Part shown: positions 34,569 through 46,921 of the stretch, piece after piece
Position numbering within the stretch: the first letter of the stretch is position 1
Layout: each line of letters opens with the position of its first letter
Assembly (NCBI GenBank): GCA_040386535.1
Contig: JAZKFH010000011.1
Coordinates: 76,473-140,472, forward strand
Direction of reading: 5' to 3'
From: Myxococcota bacterium
Lineage (GTDB): Bacteria > Myxococcota_A > UBA796 > SXON01
DNA length: 64,000 bases
The notes under the pieces: model-generated
The model's database searches: none
Told to the model about the DNA's origin: nothing
What the model saw: only the letters and a program-made list of their open reading frames with translations
Made by a program: the position numbers and the translations under genes

Positions 34569-34921
34569 CCGCTTCGTGTATCAACGTGCCCCTCCAAACG
34601 TCGAAGAGTTCGCCGCGCCACTCCCCGTGCATCGCGTCGCCGGCTCCCGACCTCGCGGGCGCCCCCACCCACGCGGACGCGGGCGGGCGGGGCTCCTCCG
34701 GGGTCGGCTGCGCCTCCGTCGTCCCGCCGGTGCGGGCCGACCGCGGCGGGCCGTCCACCCTCGGGGGGCCTCCGGCCGAGCAGCCCGCGGTGGCCCGCCG
34801 CGCCCTCCGGCCCCCCTGGCGCGGGGCCCCGACATCCCTCAACATCTTTCCCATTGCCCGATCCCACTCCGGTGCGAACAATGGGCGGTCGGGCCCCAGG
34901 CGGAGCCCGAGCGGAGCAATC

Positions 34922-36331
<1,410 letters not shown>

Positions 36332-36332
36332 G

Positions 36333-37655
36333 ATGGACCCCCTCCAGCTCGGCCGCGAGATCCTCCAGAAGACCAAGGCCCTCGGCGCGGAGGAGGCCAC
36401 CGTGGTCGTCTCCCGCTCCACCGAGGTGTCGCTGATGCGCCGCGCCGGCAAGCTCGAGCAGGCCACCCAGGCGTCCAGCCTCGGCGCCTCGCTCTCGCTC
36501 CTGGTCGACGACCGCTACTCCGTCCACTCCACCTCCGACCTGCGTCCCGACGCGATCGACGCGTTCCTGACCCGCGCCATGGCGGCCACCCGCGTGCTCG
36601 AGCCCGAGCCCGAGCGGCGCCAGCCGCCCATCGAGTTGTGCGGCCGGTTCACCTCCGAGGCCGTGCTCGACCGCTTCGATCCGGAGTGGGAGTCCACCAC
36701 CGCCGAACAGCGCCGCGAGCTGGCCGAGCGGCTCGAGGCGTGTGTCGACGCGCTCCCGACGCGCGACCAGATCTTGTCCGCCACGATCTACCTGGGCGAC
36801 AGCATCGGCGAGACCGCGCGCGTGTTGTCCAACGGGTTCGAGAACGTGAGCCGCGGCACCGGGTTCGGCTACGGCGCGGAGATGACCCTGCTCGAGCCGG
36901 GCGGCCGCCGGCCCGAGGGCTCGTCGTACTACTCGGCCACCCACGCCGGCGATCTTCCGCCCCCCGAGCGCATCGCGACGGAGTCGTGGAAACGCGCGGC
37001 CGAGCGCCTCGGCAGCGGGCCGGCGCCCTCGGGCCGCTACCCGATGCTGCTCCAGAACAGCTCGGTGGGCCGCATCCTCGGCGTGATCGGCGGGCCGCTC
37101 TCCGGCTCCGAGCTGCACCAGGGGCGGAGCTTTCTCGCTGGCAAGAAGGGCGAACAGATCGCGGCGACGGGGCTCACCATTCTCGACGATCCGACCATCC
37201 CGCGCGGCCTCGGCTCCCGCCCGTTCGACAGTGACGGCCTGTACGCCAAGCCGTTCCCGGTGATCCAGGCCGGCGTGCTCGAGAACTACTACATCAACGT
37301 CTACTACGGGCGGAAGCTCGGGATGGACCCGACCTCCGGCGGCCGCTCCAATTGGGTGGTCACCCCGGGCACGCGCTCGGTCAAGGAGATCACCGGCGAG
37401 CTCGACCGCTGCATCGTCGTCACCGGGTTCCTCGGCGGCAACAGCAACGGCCTCACCGGCGACTTCAGCTTCGGCGTGCAGGGTCTGTTGCTCGAGCGCG
37501 GCGAGGTCGTGAAGCATCTCTCCGAGATGAACGTGTCGGGCAATATCGGCGAACTGCTCATGAGCTTCACCGAGCCCGCCAACGACGTGTGGAAGTGGAG
37601 CGGCCTGCGGTCGCCGTCGCTCTTGTTCGACGGGGTGCAGTTCAGCGGCACCTAG
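36333..37655 (+). CDS. pmbA: TldE/PmbA subunit
   Basis: Follows tldD; SFL..KKGEQIA, DDPT...LGSRPFDSDG, N..TGDFS.G; no HExxH. Confidence 0.92.
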   Translation: MDPLQLGREILQKTKALGAEEATVVVSRSTEVSLMRRAGKLEQATQASSLGASLSLLVDDRYSVHSTSDLRPDAIDAFLTRAMAATRVLEPEPERRQPPIELCGRFTSEAVLDRFDPEWESTTAEQRRELAERLEACVDALPTRDQILSATIYLGDSIGETARVLSNGFENVSRGTGFGYGAEMTLLEPGGRRPEGSSYYSATHAGDLPPPERIATESWKRAAERLGSGPAPSGRYPMLLQNSSVGRILGVIGGPLSGSELHQGRSFLAGKKGEQIAATGLTILDDPTIPRGLGSRPFDSDGLYAKPFPVIQAGVLENYYINVYYGRKLGMDPTSGGRSNWVVTPGTRSVKEITGELDRCIVVTGFLGGNSNGLTGDFSFGVQGLLLERGEVVKHLSEMNVSGNIGELLMSFTEPANDVWKWSGLRSPSLLFDGVQFSGT

Positions 37656-37692
37656 GGTCAGCGGGACCTGAAGGGAGGGGCGGGCCGGGGGA

Positions 37693-38649
37693 TCAACCCG
37701 GCTCGGGCTCCCCGTTCATCCGGCTGACGATCTCCTGGTAGCAGGTCGGGCAGACGCCGTGGCTGAACCGGGCGTTCGTGTGGGTCGACACGTACACCTC
37801 GACGCTCTGCCAGTTGTCGTCTTCGTCGCGGATGCGGGTGCAGTAGGAGCACGTCGGCAGGATGTCCCGCAGCGTCTTGACCTCGGCGAGGGCCTTCTGC
37901 AGCTCTGCCACGAGCGCCTCGCGCTCCTCCACGGCGCGCTTCTGCTCCGTGAAGTCGCGCGCCATCGAGTAGATCGTGCGCCGGGAGAGGTCGGGCGCCG
38001 CGTTCCACACCAGCCACCGGTACGATCCGTCCTTGCACCGGTAGCGGTTCTCGAACGCCTGGGCCTGGCCGCCGGCCCGCACCGCGCGGTTCTGGTTCAG
38101 CGTGCGCTCGCGGTCGTCGGGGTGCACGAACTCGATGAACGGCCGCGCCATGAGCTCTTCCCGGGTGAAGCCCAGGGTTCGCTCCCAGGCCGGGTTGAGC
38201 CGCCGGAAGTGACCGTCGAAGCCGAGGCAGCACAACATGTCGAGCGACACGTCGAAGAAGCGATCTTCGAGCTCGTCGGCCGCGGCGCTCGGATCCAGCG
38301 CCAGCGCCAGGCCGACCCGCAGATCGCGGTCGGCGAACGGCTTGAGCAGGTGGGTCCCCTGGTTGCTCGCCCGGATCCGCAGCAGCCCCTCGCGGTCGGC
38401 GTCGGCGACCGTGAACAGGATCGGGATCCCCGCGCGCCGGCGGATCACCCGGCCGGCCTCGATGCTGTCCATGTCGCCGAGCGCCACGTCCAGGAGCACG
38501 GCGTGCGGCGCCGTCTGCTCGGTCAGGTCGATGGCCGCGCGGGCGGAGCTGGCGATCGCGGCCACGTCGTACCCGAGCGCCACGAGCCTCGACTCCAGCT
38601 CCGTTGCGACGCTCGGTTCGTCGTCGGCGATGAGGATCCGGTGGGCCAT
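37693..38649 (-). CDS. Response regulator (REC-PAS) with C-terminal Cys4 tail
   Basis: ILIADDE...LLDV...KPF; PAS FVHPDDRE, FENRYRCKDGSYRW; LPTCSYC...SHGVCPTC. Confidence 0.9.
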   Translation of the reverse strand: MAHRILIADDEPSVATELESRLVALGYDVAAIASSARAAIDLTEQTAPHAVLLDVALGDMDSIEAGRVIRRRAGIPILFTVADADREGLLRIRASNQGTHLLKPFADRDLRVGLALALDPSAAADELEDRFFDVSLDMLCCLGFDGHFRRLNPAWERTLGFTREELMARPFIEFVHPDDRERTLNQNRAVRAGGQAQAFENRYRCKDGSYRWLVWNAAPDLSRRTIYSMARDFTEQKRAVEEREALVAELQKALAEVKTLRDILPTCSYCTRIRDEDDNWQSVEVYVSTHTNARFSHGVCPTCYQEIVSRMNGEPEPG

Positions 38650-38749
38650 GGGGCGGAGCTTCCTGGGAGGGTGCGGCGTCGACGCGCCCCCGGCGACGCT
38701 GCGCCGACCTCTTAACACCCACCCCCGCGCGCTCTTCGTCGCCCTCTCG

Positions 38750-40045
38750 CTACGGCTCCCCGATCACCCGCCCCACGAACCCGTTGCGAAACACGCCAGC
38801 GGGGTCCAGCTCCCGCACGAGCGCCGCGAACGCCCCGGCCTGCGGGTAGACGCGGCGGATCAACGCGGCGTCGAACGCGCCCTCCTTCCCCCAGTGCGGC
38901 CGCCCGCCGTAGTCCGCGGCGATGGCGGCCGCGGCGGCGAAGAACGCGGCCCGATCGGGCGACCCGCCCACGTACGCGCCGAACTGCACGCTGTCGCGGC
39001 CGTAGGCGGGGCTCATCCAGTTGGTGTCCCCCTTCACGAAGCGCAGCTCGACGATGAAGTTGACCCGCAGGCCCTGGGTGTCGATCACCTCGCGGAGGCG
39101 CCGGAACGCGGCGACGGCGTGCTCCGCGGGGATCGCCCACTCGCTCTCCCGGTGCACCGGCGGCATCGCGAGCGACAGCACGTGGTCGCTGCGGCCGGCC
39201 ACGCGGTTCGCGCGGAAGTGGACCGCCGCCACGATGCGGTTGAGCACGGGGATCCAGGCGGGGACGGCGCTCCCGAGGGCCAGGATCCAGCGGAACACGT
39301 GCGCGTTCACGACGCGCTCGTCGAGCGCGCGGCGCCGCGCGTCGTAGGTGGCGGGCGCGTCGCTGCGCTCCCCGCGGAAGATCAGCGCGGTGTCGGTGTG
39401 GGGGAGCCACCAGAGCTTGGCCCACTCTGCGTCGCCGGCAAGCGTCGTAAGCGCGGTGGCGCCCGCCTCGAACGACACGGGCGTGGTCGTCTCCACGATC
39501 CGGAACGCGCGCTCCACCCGGAGCGTCACCTCGGTGACCACCCCGAGCGCCCCGAGCGACACGCGCGCGGCGGGCAGGCGCGCATCTCCCTCGTCGAGCA
39601 CAAGCACCTCTCCGGACGCCACCACGATCCGCATGGCGACGATGAACGAGGAGAGGTTGCCGTGAACGAGGCTCGACCCGTGCGTGCCCGTCGCGAGCAG
39701 CCCGGCGAGGCTCTGCTGGTCGATCGAGCCGACGATGGAGAGCGCCCAGCCGCGGGTGGCCAGGGCATCGTCGAACGCGCGCAGGCGCATCCCGCCCTGT
39801 GCGGTCGCGAGCCCGCGCTGCTCGTCGATGTGCACGAGCTGATCGAGCCGATCGAGCCGCACGATCACGCCATCGGTCACCACACCGTCCGACCACGAGT
39901 GCCCGCCGCCCACCACGCGCACCCCCCGCCCGGCCGCCGCGGCGTCCCGCACCACCGCGCACACCTCCGCCTCGTCCGCGGGGTGCGCCCACGCCCCGGG
40001 CGTCACCGCGTGGCTCTTGCCCCAGGTCTCGAAGCGCTCGGTCAC
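38750..40045 (-). CDS. D-arabinono-1,4-lactone/L-gulonolactone oxidase family FAD enzyme
   Basis: VGGGHSWS, TGTHGS, SLGALGVV, VELRFV, GRPHWGK, LDPAGVFRN. Confidence 0.92.
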   Translation of the reverse strand: MTERFETWGKSHAVTPGAWAHPADEAEVCAVVRDAAAAGRGVRVVGGGHSWSDGVVTDGVIVRLDRLDQLVHIDEQRGLATAQGGMRLRAFDDALATRGWALSIVGSIDQQSLAGLLATGTHGSSLVHGNLSSFIVAMRIVVASGEVLVLDEGDARLPAARVSLGALGVVTEVTLRVERAFRIVETTTPVSFEAGATALTTLAGDAEWAKLWWLPHTDTALIFRGERSDAPATYDARRRALDERVVNAHVFRWILALGSAVPAWIPVLNRIVAAVHFRANRVAGRSDHVLSLAMPPVHRESEWAIPAEHAVAAFRRLREVIDTQGLRVNFIVELRFVKGDTNWMSPAYGRDSVQFGAYVGGSPDRAAFFAAAAAIAADYGGRPHWGKEGAFDAALIRRVYPQAGAFAALVRELDPAGVFRNGFVGRVIGEP

Positions 40046-40149
40046 CGGCGGAGCGTAGCAGGAGCGGCGCCTGTCCTACCGTTCCACGTGGAACGGGTGG
40101 CACGCCGGCCGTTCCCGGGCGAAGCTCGCGCGACACGACGGAGGCGACG

Positions 40150-40875
40150 GTGGAGCGCGTGGTACGGACCTGGTTCAGCCCCTCGGTGGGCCGCGAGATG
40201 GGGGTGGCCCGCTACGGCCACTACGGCAAGCCCGTGATCTTCTTCCCCACCGGCGGCGGCGACTACCTCGACTGCGAGCGCTTCCTGATGGTGCGGGCGC
40301 TCGCGCCGCTGCTCGACGCGGGCCGCATCAAGCTCTACGCGGTCGACAGCACCTGCCGCCAGTCCTGGACCAACCCCGACGTGCCCCCGCTCGAGAAGAG
40401 CCGCATGCAGGCGCGTTACGACCAGTGGCTCACCGACGAGCTCGTGCCCTGGATCCGCACCGACTGTGGCGGCACCGACCAGAAGTTCGCCGCGTGCGGC
40501 GCGTCCATCGGCGCGTACCACGCCCTCACGCTCACGTGCAAACACCCCGAGATCGTCGACACCATGGTCGGCATGAGCGGCACCTACGTCATGGACCGCC
40601 GCATGGCGGGCCAGTGGAACGAGGACTGGTACTACAACGATCCGGTGCAGTTCGTCCCCACCCTCGGCGGCGATCGTCGCGACGTGCTCCTGCGCGCCCG
40701 CTTCGTGTTCGGTCTGGGCCAGGACCACGAGAACCCCGCCTACACCTGGCGCATCGCGAACGTGCTCGGCGCGGGCGGCTACTGGAACCGCGTCGAGACC
40801 TGGGGCGCCGGCAGCGGCCACGACTGGCCCACGTGGCGGACCATGTTGCCGACGTTTTTGGACCGGTTGGTCTGA
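40150..40875 (+). CDS. Putative esterase (alpha/beta hydrolase)
   Basis: WFSPSVGREM..YGHYGKPVIFFPT, GASIGAYHA, HDWPTW; GGAGG RBS. Confidence 0.9.
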   Translation: MERVVRTWFSPSVGREMGVARYGHYGKPVIFFPTGGGDYLDCERFLMVRALAPLLDAGRIKLYAVDSTCRQSWTNPDVPPLEKSRMQARYDQWLTDELVPWIRTDCGGTDQKFAACGASIGAYHALTLTCKHPEIVDTMVGMSGTYVMDRRMAGQWNEDWYYNDPVQFVPTLGGDRRDVLLRARFVFGLGQDHENPAYTWRIANVLGAGGYWNRVETWGAGSGHDWPTWRTMLPTFLDRLV

Positions 40876-41287
40876 TACGGGGGGCGCCCGTCGTGAGCGG
40901 GCGACCTCGAGATCAACCTCTACCTGACCGCCGACCGCTTCCAGATGGCGGTCGTCGACGGCTCGACCGGCAAGACCACGCAAGAGTCCCGGCGCTGGGA
41001 CGACGACTCCAAGTCGGGCGGTAAGAGGGGCCCGCGTCGCCGAAGCGGCGCCGCCGCGTGCCCTCCGGGCGCGCTTCGCTTGGTCGGCGCCGAGCCGCCG
41101 ACGCGCCGAGGCGGCGCCCCTCCAGCCCCGCTGGGCCAAGGCCCTTCGAGCATCCACGAATACGTGTGCATCAGGACGGGGTAGGCTTCGTTCCGGCGGG
41201 CCTGGCGGCTCGAATTGGGCCGGGCTGCTGGTGGAAGCAGGCGGTGGTCCGCGGCGCCGCGCCCCCTCACCCCGTCCACCGCCGCCG

Positions 41288-41454
41288 CCCGAGCGACACG
41301 CTCTGTCGGTCCGCGGCGCTGCTCGCGGCGGCCCACCGCACCCGCGGCGCCCCAGCCAGCTGGCCCAAACGACATCCTCTGTCGGTCCGCGGCTCCGCCC
41401 TCCACGCGCAGCTGCGCCCCAGCCAGCTGCCCCGAACGACAACCTCTGTCGATC
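41288..41454. repeat. REP-like array (3 copies, CGACA-N5-TGTCG family)
   Basis: Units at about 41288, 41364, 41431. Confidence 0.75.
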
Positions 41455-41580
41455 GCGCGGTGCTCGCGCGCGGGTGTGATCGCTTTCAGTGGGTAGCCGT
41501 CCTCCGCGTCGGGACGGGGTGAACAAGGCTCCGGGTGTGTCGAGCCCGCGACGCGCCATGCGCCGCCAGTTCCGGGAGCG

Positions 41581-42237
41581 AGGAGGATGTCGATCGGCTG
41601 CTCGGGCGATTGAATGATGCGAAGAAGCAGGAAACTGCCAATGGGTGGCCCCCTCGCGGCCACCGGCTCCCCCTCTCGAACAGGCCTCCCTTCAGGACGC
41701 GCCGAACTCGCCGGATGAGACGCCATTGCCTATGCACTTCCCTCAGGCGTCCGTGCAGATCAGCGGGCCGTCGCTCCCGAGGTTTCCCGAGCCCACCGCC
41801 GCCGCCCGGATCGCGGGCCGCCGTGAGGGCCCGACCGCAGGGTAATAGGTCATGTCCCCATGAAATGCACGCGGCACGGAGCCATGCCGGGTTGAATGCT
41901 CGGAGCCAGGCTGCGACGGCCCGCGGGCTGCCGATAAACGCCCTTCGTTCCGTCGTGGCAGCCGTGGGAAGCCCTGACCTGACCGGAATGAACTGAATTC
42001 AGCGGCGTTCATGGTGGCATGACTCCGATTTGGCGGCGTTGAAGGGGGCATGACCCCGCCCTCGACGAGCTCGTGCTCGAGGGCTGAGCGAACTGCATAG
42101 GCATTGAGACGACATCCCCCGAGTTCAGCGCGCGGGACGGTCCGAACTCACGGCGGGCACCGCGCGACCACCGACGCGCCCCTGGCGAGCAGCTAGCCCT
42201 TCGTGCCGTTCGACGGGTGACCGCTCGAAGTGCATCA
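41581..42237. mobile_element. Composite repeat: arm B + MITE-like core (41848-42055) + arm A'
   Basis: Same core orientation as 23485-23670, but the arms are swapped and reverse-complemented. Confidence 0.75.
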
Positions 42238-42475
42238 AACGTCTCGCGCGCCGGTCCGCCGCGCCTGTCAAGCGCCACTCAAGGGACCATCCCCGGCCAC
42301 GATCTAGGGACCACCGGCCCCGCCGAGGTCCCCGCCGGCCACGAACAAGGGACCACCCAGGCGCAAACGACGGACCCCGCCAACGTGGCGATCGCATAGG
42401 CGGAATGGCCTGAACTGTCGGCCTGAGGCACTGCTCGCGCCGGCCCACCGCACCCGCCGCGCCCCAGCCAGCTGG

Positions 42476-42855
42476 CCCAAACGACATCCTCTGTCGGTCC
42501 GCGGCTCGGCCCCCCACGCGCAGCCCGCTGCGCCCCAGCCAGCTGCCCATCGCACGCGCCACGCCCCAGCCCGCTGGCGCAAACGACATCCTCTGTCGGT
42601 GCGCGGCTCCGCCCCTCACGCGCAGCTCGCCGGCGCCCCGGCCACGCGCCCCCCCGCCGCGCCCCGGCCAGCTGGCCCAGACGACATCCTCTGTCGGTCC
42701 GCGGCGCTGGTCGCGGCCCGGCCCACCCGACCCGCCGCCCCCAGCGAGCCCCCGCCGAACGACAAGCTCTCTCGGTCCGTGGCGCTGGTCGCGCGGCCCC
42801 CCACCCGCCCGCGCCACCAAGCCAGCCGGCGCCGAACGACAAGCTCTGTCGGTCC
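42476..42855. repeat. REP-like array (5 copies, CGACA-N5-TGTCG family)
   Basis: Units at about 42476, 42578, 42676, 42754, 42831. Confidence 0.8.
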
Positions 42856-43090
42856 GCGGCGGCGTGCGGCGTCCTCGGTCGCCCACACGAGCGCCGCCAT
42901 GAGCCGCTCCCCCGCGTGAGGCCTCTGGAGGGCGGCCGTGCGCTCCGGCCTCCGGAGCGCACGGCCGGTCCGTCCGGGCGCCGCGCCCGGACGACGGAGG
43001 CGCCCCGCGCCGACCCCGGAAAGAGGCCGACCGCCGGGCGTCCGCGCCCGGCGGGCACGCCCAGCCACGGCCGGAGCCGACCGCCGACCC

Positions 43091-44011
43091 TCAGAGGTGC
43101 GTGATGACCGTCCGGTTGCGTCCGCTGTTCTTGGCGCGGTAGAGCGTGCGGTCGGCCGCCGCGACGAGCTCGGCCGGGCTGCCGAAGAGTGGGGACCACG
43201 TCACGACGCCGACGCTGGCGGTGACCTTGACCGGATCGTCGCCGACGGCCATGTCGAGCGCGCCGATCGCGTGGCGGACACGCTCGCCGGCGACCGCGGC
43301 GCCGTCGGCGGTGGTCTCGGTGAGCAGGATGGCGAACTCCTCGCCGCCGTAGCGCCCCGCCACGTCGACGTTGCGCAGGCAGCCGCGCAGGGCGTGCGCG
43401 ATCTGCGCGAGCACGCGATCGCCGACGGGGTGGCCCCACGTGTCGTTGACCACCTTGAAGTGGTCGACGTCGACGAGCAGCAGCGACACCGGCCGGCCGT
43501 AGCGCACGGCGCGGTCGAACTCGCGGTCGAGCGCCTGGTCGAAGGCGCCGCGGTTCATCAGGCCGGTCAGCGGGTCGATCGTCGCGAGCTGGATGAGCTG
43601 GCGCTCGGCGTCGAGCTCCAGGTCGTCGCGCAGGTTGAAGCAGAGGAGCGTGGCGCCGACGCGCACCCGGTCGTGCTCGACGAGCTCGTGGCGGCCCTCG
43701 AGCTTCACGCCGTTGACGTAGGTACCGTTGGTGCTGCCGAGGTCTTCGAGCCAGACGGGGGCGCCCTCCTGGAGCTCGCAGAACGCCACCACGTGACGAC
43801 GGGAACAGCCCGCGTCCTCGAGGACGATGTCACAATCGGGCCCGCGGCCGACCACCGTGCGCTCGCGGTCGAGCAGGTGCACCCGCCGCAACTCCTTGCC
43901 CTCGAGCACCACGAACACCGGGCGGCGAACGGGCGGCGGGGAGGCGGGGTAGTCGCCGATGACGGTCTTCTCGTCGAAGATCGTGTCGATGTTGGAGGGA
44001 CGTGCGGTCAT
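43091..44011 (-). CDS. FHA-domain diguanylate cyclase
   Basis: FHA VGRGPDCDIVL...SRRH...DLGSTNGT; DVDHFKVVNDTWGH, RNVD I-site, GGEEF. Confidence 0.95.
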   Translation of the reverse strand: MTARPSNIDTIFDEKTVIGDYPASPPPVRRPVFVVLEGKELRRVHLLDRERTVVGRGPDCDIVLEDAGCSRRHVVAFCELQEGAPVWLEDLGSTNGTYVNGVKLEGRHELVEHDRVRVGATLLCFNLRDDLELDAERQLIQLATIDPLTGLMNRGAFDQALDREFDRAVRYGRPVSLLLVDVDHFKVVNDTWGHPVGDRVLAQIAHALRGCLRNVDVAGRYGGEEFAILLTETTADGAAVAGERVRHAIGALDMAVGDDPVKVTASVGVVTWSPLFGSPAELVAAADRTLYRAKNSGRNRTVITHL

Positions 44012-44179
44012 GGCGGCGCTGTGCCCACTATACGAGGGAATCGCCCGTGTGGCCCACCCCGCAACAGAACGTTTGCGCGCGTGGTGTCCGGCGCCGGGTC
44101 CGCGCGGGGGAGCACGGGGCCCTCCGGTGGTGGAAAAGCGCGGGCCGATCGGCTAAGGCGCGGCGCTCCCCGGGGTCGA

Positions 44180-45571
44180 ATGCGCCCGCTCTCCGACAGC
44201 ATCCTCGACAGCATCGGCGACACCCCCTGCGTCCGGCTCAACCGCCTGGCCCACGGTGTCCCCGGCGCGGTCTACGCGAAGATCGACTCGATGAACCCTG
44301 CGAGTTCGGCGAAGGACCGCATCGCGGCGCGCCTCGTCGACGAGCTGGAGGCGAGCGGCAAGCTCAAGCCCGGCGGCGTGATCGTGGGGGTCACCTCGGG
44401 CAGCACCGGGGCCGGCCTGGCGATGGTGGCCGCCGTGCGCGGCTACAAGTCCGTTTTTGTCATGGCCGACCGCCAGTCCGAGGAGAAGCGCGCGGTGCTG
44501 CGCGCGTTCGGCGCGCGGGTCGTGGTGTGCCCGGGGGACGTGCCCGCGGAGGACTCTCGCTCGGTCTACAAGACCGCCGAGCGGATCGTCGCCGAGACCC
44601 CCGGCGCCGCCTACGCGAACCAGTACGCCTCCGCCGCCAACCCCGAGGCGCACTACGCGAGCACGGGGCCCGAGATCTGGGAGCAGTTCGAGGGCAAGAT
44701 CGACGTGTTCGTGGCCGGCCTCGCGTCGGGTGGCACGATCACCGGCGTGGGCCGGTTCCTCAAGGAGAAGAACCCGAACCTGCGCGTGGTCGGCGTGGAT
44801 CCGGTGGGCTCGCTCTACTACGACTACTTCCACACCGGGCAGCTCACGCACCCGCACGCGTGGAAGGTCGAGGGCATCGGGGAGGACTTTCTCCCGCCCG
44901 CGATGGACTTTGCCCACGTGGACGACGTGGTGCGCGTGAACGACAAGGAGAGCTTCATCACGACGCGGCGGCTCGTGCGCGAGGAGGGCATCTTCGCGGG
45001 CCCGGCCAGCGGCGCGGCGGTGGCGGGCGCGCTCAAGTGGCTGCGGCTGCACGGCGGCGAGGCCACGCGGGCCTGCGTGATGTTGCCCGACTCGGGCAGC
45101 CGCTACCTCTCCAAGGTGTTCAACGACAACTGGATGCGCGAGAACGGGTTCCTCGAGCCGGAGCTCGGCCTCGGCACCGTGCGCGCGCTGCTCGAGCAGA
45201 AGGGCCGCGGCCGGGCGCTGGTGACGGTGTCGCCCTCCGCGCGCGTCACCGAGGTCATCGGCGTGCTCAAGGTGCACGGCGTGTCCCAGGTGCCCGTGAC
45301 CGACGGCGCCCACGTGCTCGGCATCCTCACCGAGAGCCGCCTCCTGGAGCGTGCCCTCACCGGCAGCCGCGGCGACATCGAGGTGCGCGATCTCGTCGAG
45401 TCCACCTACTTCACCGTCGACGAGAGCACCGAGGTGGGCGTGCTCACCGAGCTGTTCAAGCGCGCGAAGGTGGCCATGGTGATGGAGGGCGGCGAGCTCG
45501 CCGACATCATCACGCGCATCGATCTGATCGACTACATCGCCCGCGTCACGAGCGCGGCCCGGGAGCGCTGA
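44180..45571 (+). CDS. Cystathionine beta-synthase-like PLP enzyme with C-terminal CBS domains
   Basis: IGDTP.VRL, NP.SS.KDR, NQY...NP.AHY..TGPEIW, EGIGEDF, PDSGSRYLSK, CBS pair. Confidence 0.92.
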   Translation: MRPLSDSILDSIGDTPCVRLNRLAHGVPGAVYAKIDSMNPASSAKDRIAARLVDELEASGKLKPGGVIVGVTSGSTGAGLAMVAAVRGYKSVFVMADRQSEEKRAVLRAFGARVVVCPGDVPAEDSRSVYKTAERIVAETPGAAYANQYASAANPEAHYASTGPEIWEQFEGKIDVFVAGLASGGTITGVGRFLKEKNPNLRVVGVDPVGSLYYDYFHTGQLTHPHAWKVEGIGEDFLPPAMDFAHVDDVVRVNDKESFITTRRLVREEGIFAGPASGAAVAGALKWLRLHGGEATRACVMLPDSGSRYLSKVFNDNWMRENGFLEPELGLGTVRALLEQKGRGRALVTVSPSARVTEVIGVLKVHGVSQVPVTDGAHVLGILTESRLLERALTGSRGDIEVRDLVESTYFTVDESTEVGVLTELFKRAKVAMVMEGGELADIITRIDLIDYIARVTSAARER

Positions 45572-45572
45572 C

Positions 45573-46727
45573 ATGACGCCGAAGAATGCACGGTTCGAGA
45601 CCCTCGCCATCCACGCCGGCCAGGCCCCCGACCCCACGACCGGCGCCGTCATGACGCCGATCTACCAGGTGTCGACCTACGCGCAGGAGGGCGTCGGCAA
45701 CCACAAGGGCTACGAGTACTCGCGCACCGACAACCCGACGCGCACGGCGCTGCAGGACTGCCTCGCCGCGCTCGAAGGCGCGAAGCACGGCCTCTGCTTC
45801 GCCTCAGGCCTCGCCGCGACGGACGTGCTCGTGCGCGCCCTGGTCAAGCCGGGTGACCTGGTCATCTGCGGCGACGACGTGTACGGCGGCACCTACCGCC
45901 TGTTCGACAAGGTGCACCGCCCCTACGGCGTGAAGTTCCAGTACGCGGACTTCTCCCGCGTGGACCTCGTGGACGCGATCCCCGACGGTACCAAGCTCGT
46001 CTGGCTCGAGACGCCCACCAACCCGCTGCTCAAGGTGGCCGACATCGAGGCCGTCGCAGCGCGCGCGCACGCGGTGGGCGCGAAGGTCGTGGTCGACAAC
46101 ACGTTCGCCACGCCCTACTTCCAGCGCCCGCTCTCGCTCGGCGCGGACTTCGTGGTGCACTCGACCACCAAGTACCTGAACGGCCACTCCGACGTGGTCG
46201 GCGGCGTCATGATGACGAGCGACACCGCGGCCTACGAGCAGATCAAGTTCCTCCAGAACGCCGCCGGCGCCGTGCCCGGCCCGATGGACAGCTGGCTCAC
46301 GCTCCGCGGCCTGAAGACCCTCCACGTGCGCATGGACCGCCACATGGAATCCGGGTTGAAGCTCGTGGAATGGCTCGTGAAACACCCCGATGTGTCACGC
46401 GTGTATCACCCGCTCCTCGAGACCCACCCCAACCACGCCATCGCCAAGCGCCAGATGTCGGGCTTCGGCGGCATGATCTCGTTCGAGCTGAACGGCGACA
46501 CCGCGCGCGCCGGCCGCTTCGTGGCCGCCACCAAGGTGTTCACGCTCGCGGAGAGCCTCGGCGGCGTCGAGTCGCTCCTCGAGGTGCCCGCGCTCATGAC
46601 CCACGCGAGCATCGAGCCCGAGAAGCGCCGCGCCATCGGCATCGCGGACGGGCTCATCCGCCTCTCCGTGGGCCTGGAGCACATCGACGACCTCGTGGCG
46701 GACCTCGAAGGCGCGTTCCGCGCCTAG
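45573..46727 (+). CDS. Cystathionine gamma-lyase/synthase
   Basis: YEYSRTDNPTR, DDVYGGTYR, ETPTNP, DNTFATP, HSTTKYLNGHSD, AESLGGVESL. Confidence 0.95.
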   Translation: MTPKNARFETLAIHAGQAPDPTTGAVMTPIYQVSTYAQEGVGNHKGYEYSRTDNPTRTALQDCLAALEGAKHGLCFASGLAATDVLVRALVKPGDLVICGDDVYGGTYRLFDKVHRPYGVKFQYADFSRVDLVDAIPDGTKLVWLETPTNPLLKVADIEAVAARAHAVGAKVVVDNTFATPYFQRPLSLGADFVVHSTTKYLNGHSDVVGGVMMTSDTAAYEQIKFLQNAAGAVPGPMDSWLTLRGLKTLHVRMDRHMESGLKLVEWLVKHPDVSRVYHPLLETHPNHAIAKRQMSGFGGMISFELNGDTARAGRFVAATKVFTLAESLGGVESLLEVPALMTHASIEPEKRRAIGIADGLIRLSVGLEHIDDLVADLEGAFRA

Positions 46728-46870
46728 GTCGGTGGGCGCTCGGCGAGCTGCCGCGCCGCGCGCGCCCGCCGCCACGTGATCCAACCGTCGCGTGCGAGCA
46801 ACAGCACGGTCAGCGTGAAGCCCGCCCCGATGACGCACAGGAACGAGCCGAAGACGAGGATCTCGGGCAC
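46724..46870 (-). CDS. Small single-TM protein (48 aa)
   Basis: GTG start; hydrophobic helix followed by an Arg-rich tail; fills the gap between genes. Confidence 0.4.
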   Translation of the reverse strand: MPEILVFGSFLCVIGAGFTLTVLLLARDGWITWRRARAARQLAERPPT

Positions 46871-46921
46871 GCGGCCGAGTAGCACGGGCCCCGGCGCGGG
46901 GCGACGCGAGGAGGCCGGAAC

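Noticed and set aside
40876..41184. Small ORF after the esterase
   Set aside because: Only about 35 plausible codons, no start context, runs into repeats.
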